64,000 nt of DNA from Candidatus Moraniibacteriota bacterium (GCA_016699425.1 CP064975.1:258979-322978); one strand, 5' to 3'. Shown: positions 16,747 to 26,805, numbered from the stretch's first letter. Numbers and translations: made by a program. The notes: generated from the letters alone by a model not told the origin.

Positions 16747-17073
16747 ATGCACGCACCAACCGAAGTGAGTTATAAGAAAGCAGTGGCTCTCACTCCGTTC
16801 CGTCGAGCGGTCTTCCAGACGGTCGCACGGATCCCGAAGGGACAGGTACGGACCTATGGCGAAGTGGCTCGCCAGGTGGATGCTCCAGGTGCCGCGCGGG
16901 CGGTCGGGACAGCACTCAGTCAGAATTGCTACCAGGATGTGCCTTGTCATCGCGTGGTGCGTTCTGATGGGCGAGTGGGCGGCTACTCATTTGGTGGGTC
17001 GCATGCCAAGGCGCGACGCCTCCGACATGAAGGTGTCGAAATTATCCGCGGTCGGGTCGTCTTTCCTCATTAG
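16747..17073 (+). CDS. ogt: Methylated-DNA--protein-cysteine methyltransferase (Ogt/MGMT) DNA-binding/active-site domain
   Basis: TYGEVA...GAARAVGTALSQN...PCHRVV active-site motif with flanking G..GGY.GG. Start taken at MHAPTEV within track ORF 16726..17073. Confidence 0.8.
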   Translation: MHAPTEVSYKKAVALTPFRRAVFQTVARIPKGQVRTYGEVARQVDAPGAARAVGTALSQNCYQDVPCHRVVRSDGRVGGYSFGGSHAKARRLRHEGVEIIRGRVVFPH

Positions 17074-17120
17074 GAAAATCCTGTTATACTTTTTCTCTTG
17101 TCTCTTGTTTGATTTTTGCT

Positions 17121-17837
17121 ATGCACATCACTGAACGGGCCAAAGCGCGCCTCATCCTCTCTGCTGACGACTACGGTATCCGGGACACGGTGCGCCGGAT
17201 TTTGCCGTTGGCTGCGGCGGGGAAATTGCATCGGGTGGCGGTCATGGCACGGTACTGTAGCAAAGAGGATGCCGCCCGACTCCTCGCGACGGGGGTGAAG
17301 ATCGATCTCCATCTCGACCTCATCAGTCTCTTGGGTCGTGGGGCAGTACCGGGCCACGGGACCCTCCGTCGAGGGCTGCACTTTGTGGTTCGCCACTTTC
17401 TGGGCTATATCCCAGCGAGTACCGTTGAGACTGAATGGCGTGCTCAGATCAAACGCTTCCACGAGCTCTTTGGCCGCGCTCCGGACGGCTTGAATAGTCA
17501 TGAACATGTCCATTTCTTTCCAAGCTTCTTCCGTTCCTTACTTGCGTTGGCACATGAATCTCGTATTCCGTATGTCCGTTTCGGCCAGCGGGGGATGCTC
17601 CTGTCGCTCCATCATGCAGCGATCGGCCATGTGCTGCACTCGCTCGCTCGGACCGATCATCGCCGTTTCACCGCGGCTGGACTCGCGACCTCGACCTATC
17701 TCGTTAGTCTCGACTGGGTCCACGGCAAGGAACGTTTCTTCCGGGCGCTCGAAGCCTTACCTGAGGGGGAGACGGTCGAACTCGTCATCCATCCAGAGCA
17801 TGAACGCGAAGCGGCATTCGTTGACCATCATTTCTAG
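17121..17837 (+). CDS. ChbG/HpnK (YdjC) family carbohydrate deacetylase
   Basis: LSADDYG N-terminal motif and conserved His/Asp residues of the YdjC family. Confidence 0.65.
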   Translation: MHITERAKARLILSADDYGIRDTVRRILPLAAAGKLHRVAVMARYCSKEDAARLLATGVKIDLHLDLISLLGRGAVPGHGTLRRGLHFVVRHFLGYIPASTVETEWRAQIKRFHELFGRAPDGLNSHEHVHFFPSFFRSLLALAHESRIPYVRFGQRGMLLSLHHAAIGHVLHSLARTDHRRFTAAGLATSTYLVSLDWVHGKERFFRALEALPEGETVELVIHPEHEREAAFVDHHF

Positions 17838-17845
17838 CCGCCCCT

Positions 17846-20440
17846 ATGCCGAACAAGAAGACAATTGCGAAAGAACCGAAACACCGGAAATCGGCGGGTC
17901 CATCAGACTGGATCACGGTCCGGGGTGCCCGTACGCACAACCTGAAAAACATCACGGTCGCCATGCCGCGGAACACGATGATCGTGTTTACGGGCCTGTC
18001 TGGCTCCGGTAAGTCGTCGCTCGCCTTTGATACGATCTTTGCTGAGGGGCAGCGGCGCTATGTCGAATCGCTCTCGGCCTACGCCCGGCAATTCCTGAAC
18101 ACGATGCAGAAGCCAGACGTCGATGAAATCACCGGCCTCTCACCGGCCATCTCGATCGATCAGAAATCAGCCAGTCGCAATCCGCGTTCGACGGTCGCGA
18201 CGGTGACCGAGATCTATGACTATCTCCGTGTCCTCTATGCCCGGCTTGGTCGACCGCATTGTCTTGAGTGCGGCCGCGAGATTTCTCGGCTCTCGACCGA
18301 GGAGATGCTCGACACCGTGAAGACCAAGGTCCATGCCGTCATGCGTGAGCCCGGTAAGACCGAGGCGCCGGTTATCGTCCTTGCGCCAGTCGTCCGTGGT
18401 CGGAAAGGCGAGTACTATCAGATGCTCTACAATGCACTCGGCCGTGGTTTCACTTCCATCTACCTCGACGGTGTGAGGAAGAGCCTCCGTGAGCAGGTAA
18501 TCCTGAAGAAAAATCACAAACACGATATTGATTTCATCGTCGATGAATTTCTCGCGCGCGATTTTCGTGATTATCAGGACGACACTGAAGTCCGGCTCTC
18601 GGAAGCAGTCCAGAAAGCACTTGAGGAAGCCGAGGGCATCGTGAAGATACAAATCGGTGACGAGGAGTTCTTGCTTTCAGCTAAGTTCACGTGCCCCTAT
18701 GATGGCTTTTCGTACCCGGAAGTCGAGCCGCGCCTCTTCTCCTTCAATTCGCCGTATGGTGCCTGTCAGGCCTGCAACGGTCTCGGGACCAAACATTTCT
18801 TCGGGTCAGATCCGTGTGATACCTGCAATGGTACGCGGCTCCGCGAGGAAGCGCTGCATATCAAGATCGGCGGACAAAATATCGTCGACCTCACCCGTCT
18901 CACGACTGCGCTTGCCTTTGATTTTTTCGCTGGCCTCGACTTGACCAAACGCGAAGAGCAGATCGCCTCTGTTGTCCTCCGGGAAATCGGGAGCCGACTC
19001 CAATTCCTCCTCAATGTCGGACTGAATTATCTGACACTCGATCGCCGGGCGAATACACTCTCGGGTGGAGAGGCACAGCGTATCCGACTGGCCAGCCAAC
19101 TCGGCAGCCAACTCGTCGGCGCCCTCTATGTCCTCGATGAGCCGACCATCGGTCTCCATCAGCGTGACAATGATCGACTGATCGAAACTCTCAAGTCCTT
19201 GCGTGCGCTCGGCAATACTATCATCATCGTTGAACATGACGAGGATACCATTTATGCTTCGGACTACATTGTCGATATCGGTCCGGGCGCAGGCGTACAT
19301 GGCGGTGCGGTCGTAGTAACTGGCTTTCTCGAAGACCTCCTCACGGCCAAGACCAATCAGTCTGGTTCGCTCACCTTGGCCTACCTGCGTGGCGAGGAGC
19401 GCATCCCAGTGCCAGAGCGGCGTGGCAAGGAAAAGGGGAGTCTGAAGATTCGCGGCGGCCGCATCTACAATATCCAGAACATGAATGTCGATATCCCACT
19501 CGGCCGCTTCATCACGGTGACGGGTGTGTCCGGCTCGGGCAAGTCATCTTTCTTGTATGAGATCGTCCACAAGAATCTCCAGGGCCGGCTCGACCGTCGC
19601 TATAAGACCAATCAGGTTGAACACTGTGATACGTTCACGGGGACCGAGTATGTCTCGCGCGTTGTGATGATCGACCAAAGCCCGATCGGTCGTACGCCGC
19701 GTTCGAACCCAGCGACGTACACCGGTGCCTTCAATCATATCCGTGAACTCTTTGCTTCGACGGAAGAGGCGCGGGTGCGCGGCTGGAAGCTCGGGCGCTT
19801 TTCATTCAATCGTCCCGGCGGCCGTTGCGAGACCTGTGAAGGCAACGGTTTCATCGCGGTCGAGATGCACTTCCTCCCGACGGTCTATGTGCCGTGCGAT
19901 GTCTGTGACGGCCGACGCTTCACCAAAGAGACCCTCGAAGTCACCTACAAGCACAAAAACATCCATCAGGTACTCACCATGACGATCGAAGAGGCGTATG
20001 CGTTCTTCCACGAGATTCCGGCCATCGCTGATCGGCTGAAGACCCTAAATGAAGTTGGCCTCGGCTATCTCGAGCTCGGTCAATCCGCCACGACCCTCTC
20101 GGGTGGTGAGGCCCAGCGGGTGAAGATCGCCAGTGAGCTGTATCGGCAGGCAGTGGAGCGGACCATCTATCTCCTGGATGAGCCGACGATCGGGCTCCAC
20201 TATGCCGACGTGAAGAAACTCATCGAAATCCTCGACCGGCTCGTGTCGAAAGGCAACACGGTCATGGTCATCGAACACAATATGGACCTCATCAAGAGTG
20301 CAGACTATGTCATCGACATCGGTCCCGAGGGTGGATCAGGCGGCGGGAAAATCGTCGCGACTGGCACGCCGGAGGAAGTCGCCAAGACGGCCGGTTCACA
20401 TACGGGCCACTACCTGAAGAAGGCACTGAAAAATAAATAG
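17846..20440 (+). CDS. uvrA: Excinuclease ABC subunit A
   Basis: Two ABC ATPase modules ([17 protein letters not shown], Walker B), zinc-finger Cys clusters and an UvrB-binding region (LAPVVRGRKGE) across 864 aa. Confidence 0.95.
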   Translation: MPNKKTIAKEPKHRKSAGPSDWITVRGARTHNLKNITVAMPRNTMIVFTGLSGSGKSSLAFDTIFAEGQRRYVESLSAYARQFLNTMQKPDVDEITGLSPAISIDQKSASRNPRSTVATVTEIYDYLRVLYARLGRPHCLECGREISRLSTEEMLDTVKTKVHAVMREPGKTEAPVIVLAPVVRGRKGEYYQMLYNALGRGFTSIYLDGVRKSLREQVILKKNHKHDIDFIVDEFLARDFRDYQDDTEVRLSEAVQKALEEAEGIVKIQIGDEEFLLSAKFTCPYDGFSYPEVEPRLFSFNSPYGACQACNGLGTKHFFGSDPCDTCNGTRLREEALHIKIGGQNIVDLTRLTTALAFDFFAGLDLTKREEQIASVVLREIGSRLQFLLNVGLNYLTLDRRANTLSGGEAQRIRLASQLGSQLVGALYVLDEPTIGLHQRDNDRLIETLKSLRALGNTIIIVEHDEDTIYASDYIVDIGPGAGVHGGAVVVTGFLEDLLTAKTNQSGSLTLAYLRGEERIPVPERRGKEKGSLKIRGGRIYNIQNMNVDIPLGRFITVTGVSGSGKSSFLYEIVHKNLQGRLDRRYKTNQVEHCDTFTGTEYVSRVVMIDQSPIGRTPRSNPATYTGAFNHIRELFASTEEARVRGWKLGRFSFNRPGGRCETCEGNGFIAVEMHFLPTVYVPCDVCDGRRFTKETLEVTYKHKNIHQVLTMTIEEAYAFFHEIPAIADRLKTLNEVGLGYLELGQSATTLSGGEAQRVKIASELYRQAVERTIYLLDEPTIGLHYADVKKLIEILDRLVSKGNTVMVIEHNMDLIKSADYVIDIGPEGGSGGGKIVATGTPEEVAKTAGSHTGHYLKKALKNK

Positions 20441-20474
20441 GGTGTGGTAGGATGGGGATGAAAACAGATCGTTT

Positions 20475-20951
20475 ATGGAGCGTATCGCTGAAAAACCGCC
20501 GTTCCGACTCCACAGCCCAGCCTTCGCGTATGGGGAGCAGATTCCGCGTGAGTATACCTGTGATGGTCGGAATGTGAACCCGCCGCTCTCGATCGAGCAG
20601 GTACCCGAAGACGCCGAAGCGCTCGCCCTCATCGTGGAGGACCCGGATGCGCCGGGTGGCACATGGATTCATTGGCGCGTTTGGAATATCGCTCCGACGA
20701 CTACACTGATCAAAGAAGACTCGGTCCCCATCAATGCCGTCGTGGGGAAAAATAGTTTCGGTGAGGCGGCTTATGGCGGCCCGTGTCCGCCGCGGGGCGA
20801 GCACAGCTATATCTTCCGCATCTATGCACTGCGTACCCCGTTGCATCTCCCGGCCGAAGCGACTGAACTCATGCTCCGAAACGCACTCCTCGGTAATGTC
20901 GTCGCGGAAGCCGATCTCATCGGCTACTATCGCCGTACTTTGATGGCCTAG
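20475..20951 (+). CDS. YbhB/YbcL family Raf-kinase-inhibitor-like (PEBP) protein
   Basis: DPDAPGGTWIHW and YGGPCPP...H.Y.F motifs. Confidence 0.8.
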   Translation: MERIAEKPPFRLHSPAFAYGEQIPREYTCDGRNVNPPLSIEQVPEDAEALALIVEDPDAPGGTWIHWRVWNIAPTTTLIKEDSVPINAVVGKNSFGEAAYGGPCPPRGEHSYIFRIYALRTPLHLPAEATELMLRNALLGNVVAEADLIGYYRRTLMA

Positions 20952-21014
20952 TGAGAGCATCGTCAACGAACTCTCGCATGCTAGAATGAGGAATAAAAGC
21001 GCTGTCTTTTTTGT

Positions 21015-21701
21015 ATGGCATCCACGGTCTGGCGTCTCCACATCCCGGACGGTACACTCGAGGGTCTGAAGTGGCTCGCGCTCGTTTCGATGATCTATGA
21101 CCACGTCGTGAGGCTGCTCTTCATGGGGCCGGTCCTCGGTAGTGCGACCGCGTTTGGCCGGCTGGCGTTCCCGCTATTCGCTTTCATCCTCGCCTACAAT
21201 CTCGCCCGACCGGGTGTCGACGCTCGTGTCTACCGGCGGCTCATCCTGCGTCTCGTCGGCTTCGGCTTTCTCGCGCTCCCGGCCTCGCTCTATCTCGTCG
21301 GAGTGCAGCAATTCAACATCCTTTTTACCTTTGCCGTGTTCGTCGCGTTGCTCTGGATTTTCCGCTTGCGGCCGCTGTGGTTTGCGTTGCCGGTTGCGCT
21401 CATCGTGTTCGTATCGGCTGGGTCACAAGTGGAGTATGGCTGGTATGGCCTCACGCTCGCGCTCAGTCTCGCCTACTTCGTCCAACGGGGGGTGACCCTC
21501 GATGCGGTCACGGTGCTGACGATTGGTTTCATGGCGCTCGCCGCGAGCAATGGTAGTCACTGGGGGACGCTCAGTCTGCCGATCATCCTCATCGCCTCGC
21601 AAGTGTCGCTGCCGTTTCCTCGCAATAAATGGTTCTTCTACATCTTCTACCCAGCGCATCTCACCGTGATCGCGATTTTGGCTTGGCAATTTGTCCGTTA
21701 G
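21015..21701 (+). CDS. TraX-family membrane protein
   Basis: N-terminal LKWLALVSMIYDHV motif and multi-TM topology typical of the TraX family. Confidence 0.5.
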   Translation: MASTVWRLHIPDGTLEGLKWLALVSMIYDHVVRLLFMGPVLGSATAFGRLAFPLFAFILAYNLARPGVDARVYRRLILRLVGFGFLALPASLYLVGVQQFNILFTFAVFVALLWIFRLRPLWFALPVALIVFVSAGSQVEYGWYGLTLALSLAYFVQRGVTLDAVTVLTIGFMALAASNGSHWGTLSLPIILIASQVSLPFPRNKWFFYIFYPAHLTVIAILAWQFVR

Positions 21702-22405
21702 TGATTCTTCTCGGTTTCGGTGCTCTCGCACGAGAGATTCTTTGCCTGGCGCCAGACACACGCTTGTTCCAGGTAGCGGTCACGACCGGAACCGTTGCGG
21801 TAGTACCGATAGCGGACGGGATTTTTCTTCCAGTAATCCTGATGGTATTCTTCGGCCGGATAAAAATGTTCAAAGGGGCGTACGACGGTCACGATCGGTT
21901 TCGGATAGACTTGGACGTCTGTGAGTCGTTTGATTTCTGCAACTACGGTCTGCCGTTCGGTCTCGGACTGATAGAAGACCGCTGACTGGTAGCTGTCACC
22001 CTGATCTGCAAACTGCCCATTGGGGTCGGTCGGATCGATATGCGCAAAGAAAAAGCGGACGAGTGTCTCGTAGCTGATGGCCTTTGGATCATAGCGTACC
22101 TCGACGGATTCCAGATGTCCGGTCGTATGTGCTGAGACACTGACATAGTCCGGGTCCGTCGTCGTCCCGCCCGAGTAACCCGAGATCACCTCGCCGACGC
22201 CGGGGAGCTTTTCGAAGTCGGCCTCGGTGCACCAGAAACAGCCGCCCGCGAAGTACGCCGTCGCTGTCCCACTTGTTGCGGGGGTGATGGTCGCCGGCTC
22301 AGCATAGCGATGGTCGCGCCAGTACAGGCCGTATGCGGCAGCGCTGACGAGGATGAGTCCGATGAGGATGAGGAAGGAGTGCTTCATGGCATCAGTATAG
22401 CGCAC
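21698..22405 (-). CDS. msrA: Peptide methionine sulfoxide reductase MsrA (with N-terminal TM/signal)
   Basis: GGCFWC active site, ...YHQDYW, and an N-terminal hydrophobic segment. Confidence 0.9.
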   Translation of the reverse strand: MRYTDAMKHSFLILIGLILVSAAAYGLYWRDHRYAEPATITPATSGTATAYFAGGCFWCTEADFEKLPGVGEVISGYSGGTTTDPDYVSVSAHTTGHLESVEVRYDPKAISYETLVRFFFAHIDPTDPNGQFADQGDSYQSAVFYQSETERQTVVAEIKRLTDVQVYPKPIVTVVRPFEHFYPAEEYHQDYWKKNPVRYRYYRNGSGRDRYLEQACVWRQAKNLSCESTETEKNH

Positions 22406-22529
22406 CTATTTCTCGATTTTTCGGAAGTGCTACTATAGGGGTGTAGTCTACCCTCAATGGTCGCTTTGCTTCCTGCCCGCCTCGCTTCTTCATTTATTCC
22501 CTAATACCTAATCACTAACTACTCGCTAT

Positions 22530-22685
22530 ATGGCCAGCACCAAGAAACCCAGTCCCGCTCCCAAGGCGCCCTTCAAGCCCGCGATGCCGCCCTTGTGGCA
22601 GGCCGCTCGCCTCGAAGGCAAAGTACGGAATATGGGCATCAAGAATCTCGGCAAGCAACGCAAAGGCAAGCGCGGCGATCGATAG
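22530..22685 (+). CDS. Small basic protein (51 aa), hypothetical
   Basis: MASTKKPSPAPKAPFKPAMPPLWQAARLEGKVRNMGIKNLGKQRKGKRGDR. It is not in the track because it is under 60 aa. It is intergenic and highly basic, resembling r-protein-like small proteins. Confidence 0.25.
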   Translation: MASTKKPSPAPKAPFKPAMPPLWQAARLEGKVRNMGIKNLGKQRKGKRGDR

Positions 22686-22766
22686 AGCGGGCTATAGCTG
22701 AGTCGTTGCCTGGTCGGATGAGAGTTCGTCGGAGCGTTGCTATGGGTTACCGAGGAAATTACTCTT

Positions 22767-23378
22767 ATGAACTCCAAACGTTACGATATCGTCATCATCC
22801 CGCCACCCGAGATCGCGGCGCAGGCGATCGCACTCAGTCAAGCCCTCGCGTCACAGGGATCGCATTTCACTCTGGATGGGGTGACGCTATATCCGCATAT
22901 TTCGCTGTACCATGTGCCCTTCACTGAGTCAGCTTTGACCACGGTGTTCGGAGCGCTCCGGGATATCGCCGCTCTCACCGTGCCGTTCGTCCTCCGACAA
23001 GAGACTTACTATCCTGACCAAGGTGTCTGGGTGGGGGTGCGCTATGTGGCTGACAAGGCCATCCTCGATCTCCACACATCGATCATCGCGGCGACGCGGG
23101 CGTATCGTGAGTCCGAGGAAGGTGTCCGATACAAGGAGCACTGGGTCGAGATACCGGACCAAGAGCTGAGGAACATTGAGTACTGCGGTTGGGCGCATTC
23201 CTTCACGCTCTATTCGCCGCATCTGACATTCACGCGGTTGGTACGACCCTCTGCCGATGTGCTCGCCCATCTCTCACAGCCGGAGTTCTCGTTCCGCGCT
23301 GACCATATCGGCGTGTATGAAGTCGGCGACCATGGGACCTGCACTCGTTGCGTCGCGGATTTCCATCTCACAGGGTAG
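22767..23378 (+). CDS. 2H phosphoesterase superfamily protein (LigT/ThpR-like 2'-5' RNA ligase family)
   Basis: Two H-x-S/T-x motifs are present (YPHISLYH and YSPHLTFTRL). Confidence 0.65.
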   Translation: MNSKRYDIVIIPPPEIAAQAIALSQALASQGSHFTLDGVTLYPHISLYHVPFTESALTTVFGALRDIAALTVPFVLRQETYYPDQGVWVGVRYVADKAILDLHTSIIAATRAYRESEEGVRYKEHWVEIPDQELRNIEYCGWAHSFTLYSPHLTFTRLVRPSADVLAHLSQPEFSFRADHIGVYEVGDHGTCTRCVADFHLTG

Positions 23379-23470
23379 TGGGCCAACTGAGAGTTTATGA
23401 CTTGAAAATGGGGAAGAGTTTACCTTGTTTGATTGCATTAACTCATAGGGGGGAGTAGCCTAGGGGAACT

Positions 23471-24019
23471 ATGGACATCCTCTCGCATGGGCTTTATGGT
23501 GGGGTCGCCTTCGGCCGGCGGAGTCGGATCAGTTACTGGCTCGCGTTCTTCTTTGGGATTGCACCGGACCTCTTTTCGTTCGGGCTTTTCTTTGCCCTGA
23601 CCATCCTCGGTCTGGCTGAGCATCCGGACTGGCGGTCGGGCCAGCACCCTGATCCTGCTGGTATCCCGGGCTATGTCCACGCGCTCTACAACGGCACGCA
23701 CAGCCTCGTCATCTTCGTGGCCGTGTTCGCTCTCGTCTGGCTCATTCGGAAGAAACCGCTCTATGAGATGTTCGGCTGGCCACTCCATATCCTCGTCGAT
23801 ATCCCGACTCACTCCGAGAAATTCTTCCCCACCCCGTTCCTCTGGCCGGTCTCGGACTTCCATGTGAATGGCCACAATTGGAGTGATCCGCGCATCTTCA
23901 TCCCCAATGTCATCTTCCTCATCGGACTCTATCTCTGGTTCTATGTCATCCGTCCGCGCCGCGTTCGGCAGGCTCAGACAGTAGAGGAGAAGGTTCATCA
24001 ATCCGTTGCTTCCGAGTGA
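23471..24019 (+). CDS. Membrane-bound metal-dependent hydrolase (DUF457/YdjM-like)
   Basis: Multi-TM protein with conserved His/Asp (HSL...HILVDIPTH). Confidence 0.55.
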   Translation: MDILSHGLYGGVAFGRRSRISYWLAFFFGIAPDLFSFGLFFALTILGLAEHPDWRSGQHPDPAGIPGYVHALYNGTHSLVIFVAVFALVWLIRKKPLYEMFGWPLHILVDIPTHSEKFFPTPFLWPVSDFHVNGHNWSDPRIFIPNVIFLIGLYLWFYVIRPRRVRQAQTVEEKVHQSVASE

Positions 24020-24027
24020 AGGCTGGC

Positions 24028-24056
24028 TTGAAAAAGGGTGTTAGTAGGAGTAGAAT
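24028..24056 (+). promoter_or_regulatory. Sigma-70-like promoter (TTGAAA-N17-TAGAAT) for the DUF3800 gene
   Basis: cTTGAAAaagggtgttagtaggagTAGAATcgg. The same TTGAAA/TAG[AG]AT architecture recurs at 24884-24911. Confidence 0.5.
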
Positions 24057-24079
24057 CGGATGAAGTAAAAATCTCTGCC

Positions 24080-24709
24080 ATGTTGGTATTTATCGATGAA
24101 TCCGGAGATACGGGGCTGGATATCGCCAGAGGGGCAACACGCTATTTCTCTATGGTTTTGGTAGCATTTGAGGACCGAGAAGAAGCACAGCTTTGCGATG
24201 AGCGCATCGCTCTCTTGCGTCACGAGCTCGGTAAGCCTCCAGGATTCGAGTTTCATTTTCACGAGAATTCTGATCGGATTCGCGAGGCCTTTTTCAAAGC
24301 CGTCTTACCGTACGGATTCTTTTACTACGGTATTGTCATCAACAAGGGAAAACTTTTCGGGGAGGGATTCCACAACAAGGAATCGTTCTACAAGTATGCC
24401 TGCGGACTGCTTTTTGAGAATGCAAAGGATAAGCTGGAAAATGCAACAGTCATTATTGATGAATCCGGGAGACAGCTCTTTAAGTATCAATTGGCGAACT
24501 ACCTGAAGCGTCGTATGAATGCGGAAAGCGTGACGACTCGGATCAAGAAGGTGAGGATGCAGGATTCCCATCGAAACAATCTCGTTCAGCTTGCCGATAT
24601 GGTAGCGGGAGCGGTGACGCGGAGCTTGAATGAAGGTAAAAAAGACAAGACCGACTATCGGAAAATCGTGCAGTCGCGCGAAGTCTATGTCCAGATTTGG
24701 CCGAAATAA
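24080..24709 (+). CDS. DUF3800 family protein
   Basis: MLVFIDESGDTG N-terminus and C-terminal QLADMVAGAV motif. The track's GTG start at 24038 lies inside the promoter, so ATG 24080 is preferred. Confidence 0.65.
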   Translation: MLVFIDESGDTGLDIARGATRYFSMVLVAFEDREEAQLCDERIALLRHELGKPPGFEFHFHENSDRIREAFFKAVLPYGFFYYGIVINKGKLFGEGFHNKESFYKYACGLLFENAKDKLENATVIIDESGRQLFKYQLANYLKRRMNAESVTTRIKKVRMQDSHRNNLVQLADMVAGAVTRSLNEGKKDKTDYRKIVQSREVYVQIWPK

Positions 24710-24883
24710 GGAAAAAGAAAGCTCCCGGACCTATCCCTTGCGGGAAAGCGGCGATGAACGCCACAGTTTGGTTCGGGAGCACTTCCACCTATAAAATACG
24801 CTTTGCAGACCGTTTTGTCAACACTGAGTCAGCACTGATGTGGCAGTAAGTGAGCAGTCCAGAGTGGGCTAAAAAATTTGGCT

Positions 24884-24911
24884 TGAAAATGGGATAAAAG
24901 GGGAGTAGGAT
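24884..24911 (+). promoter_or_regulatory. Sigma-70-like promoter (TTGAAA-N16-TAGGAT) for the NYN gene
   Basis: gcTTGAAAatgggataaaaggggagTAGGATagg, 10 nt upstream of the ATG at 24922. Confidence 0.45.
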
Positions 24912-24921
24912 AGGGTTCAAT

Positions 24922-25413
24922 ATGAAACAGACTGGAAACAACTTCGCCTTCATTGATGCACAGAACCTGAACCTTTCTGTGAAACGACTTGGTTGGCGTC
25001 TGGATTATGCGCGTTTCAGAGTGTACCTGCGGGAAAAGTATGGCGTCAGCAAAGCGTACATGTTCATTGGTTTCATGGAAGAGCAGTCGAGTCTCTACCG
25101 ATCCCTCCAGGAGAAAGGCTATATCCTCATATTCAAGCCGACGCTTCGTCACAAGGATGGGACCATCAAGGGGAATTGTGATGCTGAACTCGTCCTGCAG
25201 GCGATGATCGATTATCAGGCGTACAAGAAAGCCGTGGTTGTCACGGGTGATGGAGATTTTCATTGCCTCATCCGGTATCTGATCGACAAAGAAAAATTAG
25301 AACAGCTTCTTGTCCCAGATCAGGCGCACTACTCGGCTCTCTTGAAGCGGTTCCCTTCGGGATTTCTTGCTTTTATTTCCCAGCTGCGGAATAAGCTGGA
25401 ATTTCGCCCCTAA
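24922..25413 (+). CDS. NYN-domain (LabA-like PIN-fold) putative ribonuclease
   Basis: FAFIDAQNL ... VVVTGDGDF with conserved acidic residues of the NYN domain. Confidence 0.65.
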   Translation: MKQTGNNFAFIDAQNLNLSVKRLGWRLDYARFRVYLREKYGVSKAYMFIGFMEEQSSLYRSLQEKGYILIFKPTLRHKDGTIKGNCDAELVLQAMIDYQAYKKAVVVTGDGDFHCLIRYLIDKEKLEQLLVPDQAHYSALLKRFPSGFLAFISQLRNKLEFRP

Positions 25414-25721
25414 AAAGAAAAGAACCCCGTAAGGACAGGACCTTAAAGGGCGCTTTTCGTCGTAATTCTACTAGAAGAGTAGCGCCGACGAAGTGCTTTG
25501 TCAAGGGCGGAAAAGTGCAAAGAGGTGGCTTTTTCTCATCTCTAACCAACTCATCCCACGCCCTCGTTTTTGTGGCTTGCCACGGAGCCCGGTTTCGGTG
25601 GTAGCGTGGCTTGAAAATGGGGTAAAAGCTTGCCCTGTTAGATTTGCGTTATCTCATAGGGGAGAGTAGGGTGATTCCTCGGGCTTTGGTATACAATGGA
25701 AAGGCTTGAATAAGGATATTT

Positions 25722-26804
25722 TTGACTATGGAAAAGAAGTCCTCGAATACGAATTTGAATAAGGCAAGCAAGGCAAAGAAAGATGAGTTTTATACTCAGC
25801 TTGTTGATATTGAAAAAGAGCTCAAGCACTGCAAAGATCAGTTTCGTGGCAAAGGGGTTTATTGTAATTGTGATGATCCTTTTGAAAGTAACTTCTTCAA
25901 GTATTTTGCAACCAACTTCAATGCACTTGGATTAAAGAAACTTATTGCTACTAGCTATAAGCCGTCCCCCATAGCTAATACGCAACTAAATCTATTTGGT
26001 GATATTACAGTACTATCTACGCCAAAAGGTCGTCCTAAGATAACCGCCAACAAATTCATTATCAATGAAGTTGATGATATAGATGGAGATGGTGCATTTG
26101 ATTTGCGTGATATTGCCGAACAGCTCAAGGCTAATAAAAACAATGAATGGGCGCCATTAAAGGGAGAGGGAGACTTTAGAAGTAAAGAAAGTATAGAGTT
26201 GCTAAAGCAGGCTGACATCGTGGTGACAAATCCGCCGTTCTCTCTATTTCGGGAATATGTTGCACAGTTGATGGAGCATAGCAAGAAATTTCTTATTCTC
26301 GGAAACCAGAACGCCATAATTTATAAGGAAATTTTCAAGTTCATAAAGGAGAACAAAATGTGGCTTGGGTATGACAATGGTGGAACGAAGTGGTTTCAAG
26401 TCCCAACCGATTACAACATACCAACAGAATCAAGAATAAAAACCGAAAACGGAATAAAGTACTTCAGCATGGGAAGTATAGTGTGGTTTACAAACATGGA
26501 TACAACTAAACGCCATGAGGAGCTGACTTTATATAAAAAATATTCATCAGAAGAGTACCAAAAATACGATAATTATGATGCAATTGAGGTACCAAGGTTT
26601 CTTGATATTCCGATGGATCACGATGGTGTAATGGGTGTGCCGATTACTTTTCTTGATCGGTATAACCCGGAACAATTTGAAATTGTTGGATCAAATCGAG
26701 GCATAGACCAAGACTCGAATAAAATATATGGCCGAGGATCTTTTTTGAATGGTAAAGAAACCTTCAAGCGACTTTTTATAAAAAATAGAATGGCAAAAAA
26801 GTAA
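25722..26804 (+). CDS. N6-adenine DNA methyltransferase (NPPF motif)
   Basis: DIVVTNPPF catalytic motif IV, an N-terminal DEFYTQ region, and low GC. Confidence 0.75.
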   Translation: MTMEKKSSNTNLNKASKAKKDEFYTQLVDIEKELKHCKDQFRGKGVYCNCDDPFESNFFKYFATNFNALGLKKLIATSYKPSPIANTQLNLFGDITVLSTPKGRPKITANKFIINEVDDIDGDGAFDLRDIAEQLKANKNNEWAPLKGEGDFRSKESIELLKQADIVVTNPPFSLFREYVAQLMEHSKKFLILGNQNAIIYKEIFKFIKENKMWLGYDNGGTKWFQVPTDYNIPTESRIKTENGIKYFSMGSIVWFTNMDTTKRHEELTLYKKYSSEEYQKYDNYDAIEVPRFLDIPMDHDGVMGVPITFLDRYNPEQFEIVGSNRGIDQDSNKIYGRGSFLNGKETFKRLFIKNRMAKK

Positions 26805-26805
26805 T

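Noticed and set aside
20310-21104. 264-aa minus-strand ORF over the PEBP and TraX genes
   Set aside because: It overlaps two plus-strand genes with recognisable motifs. No motif of its own.
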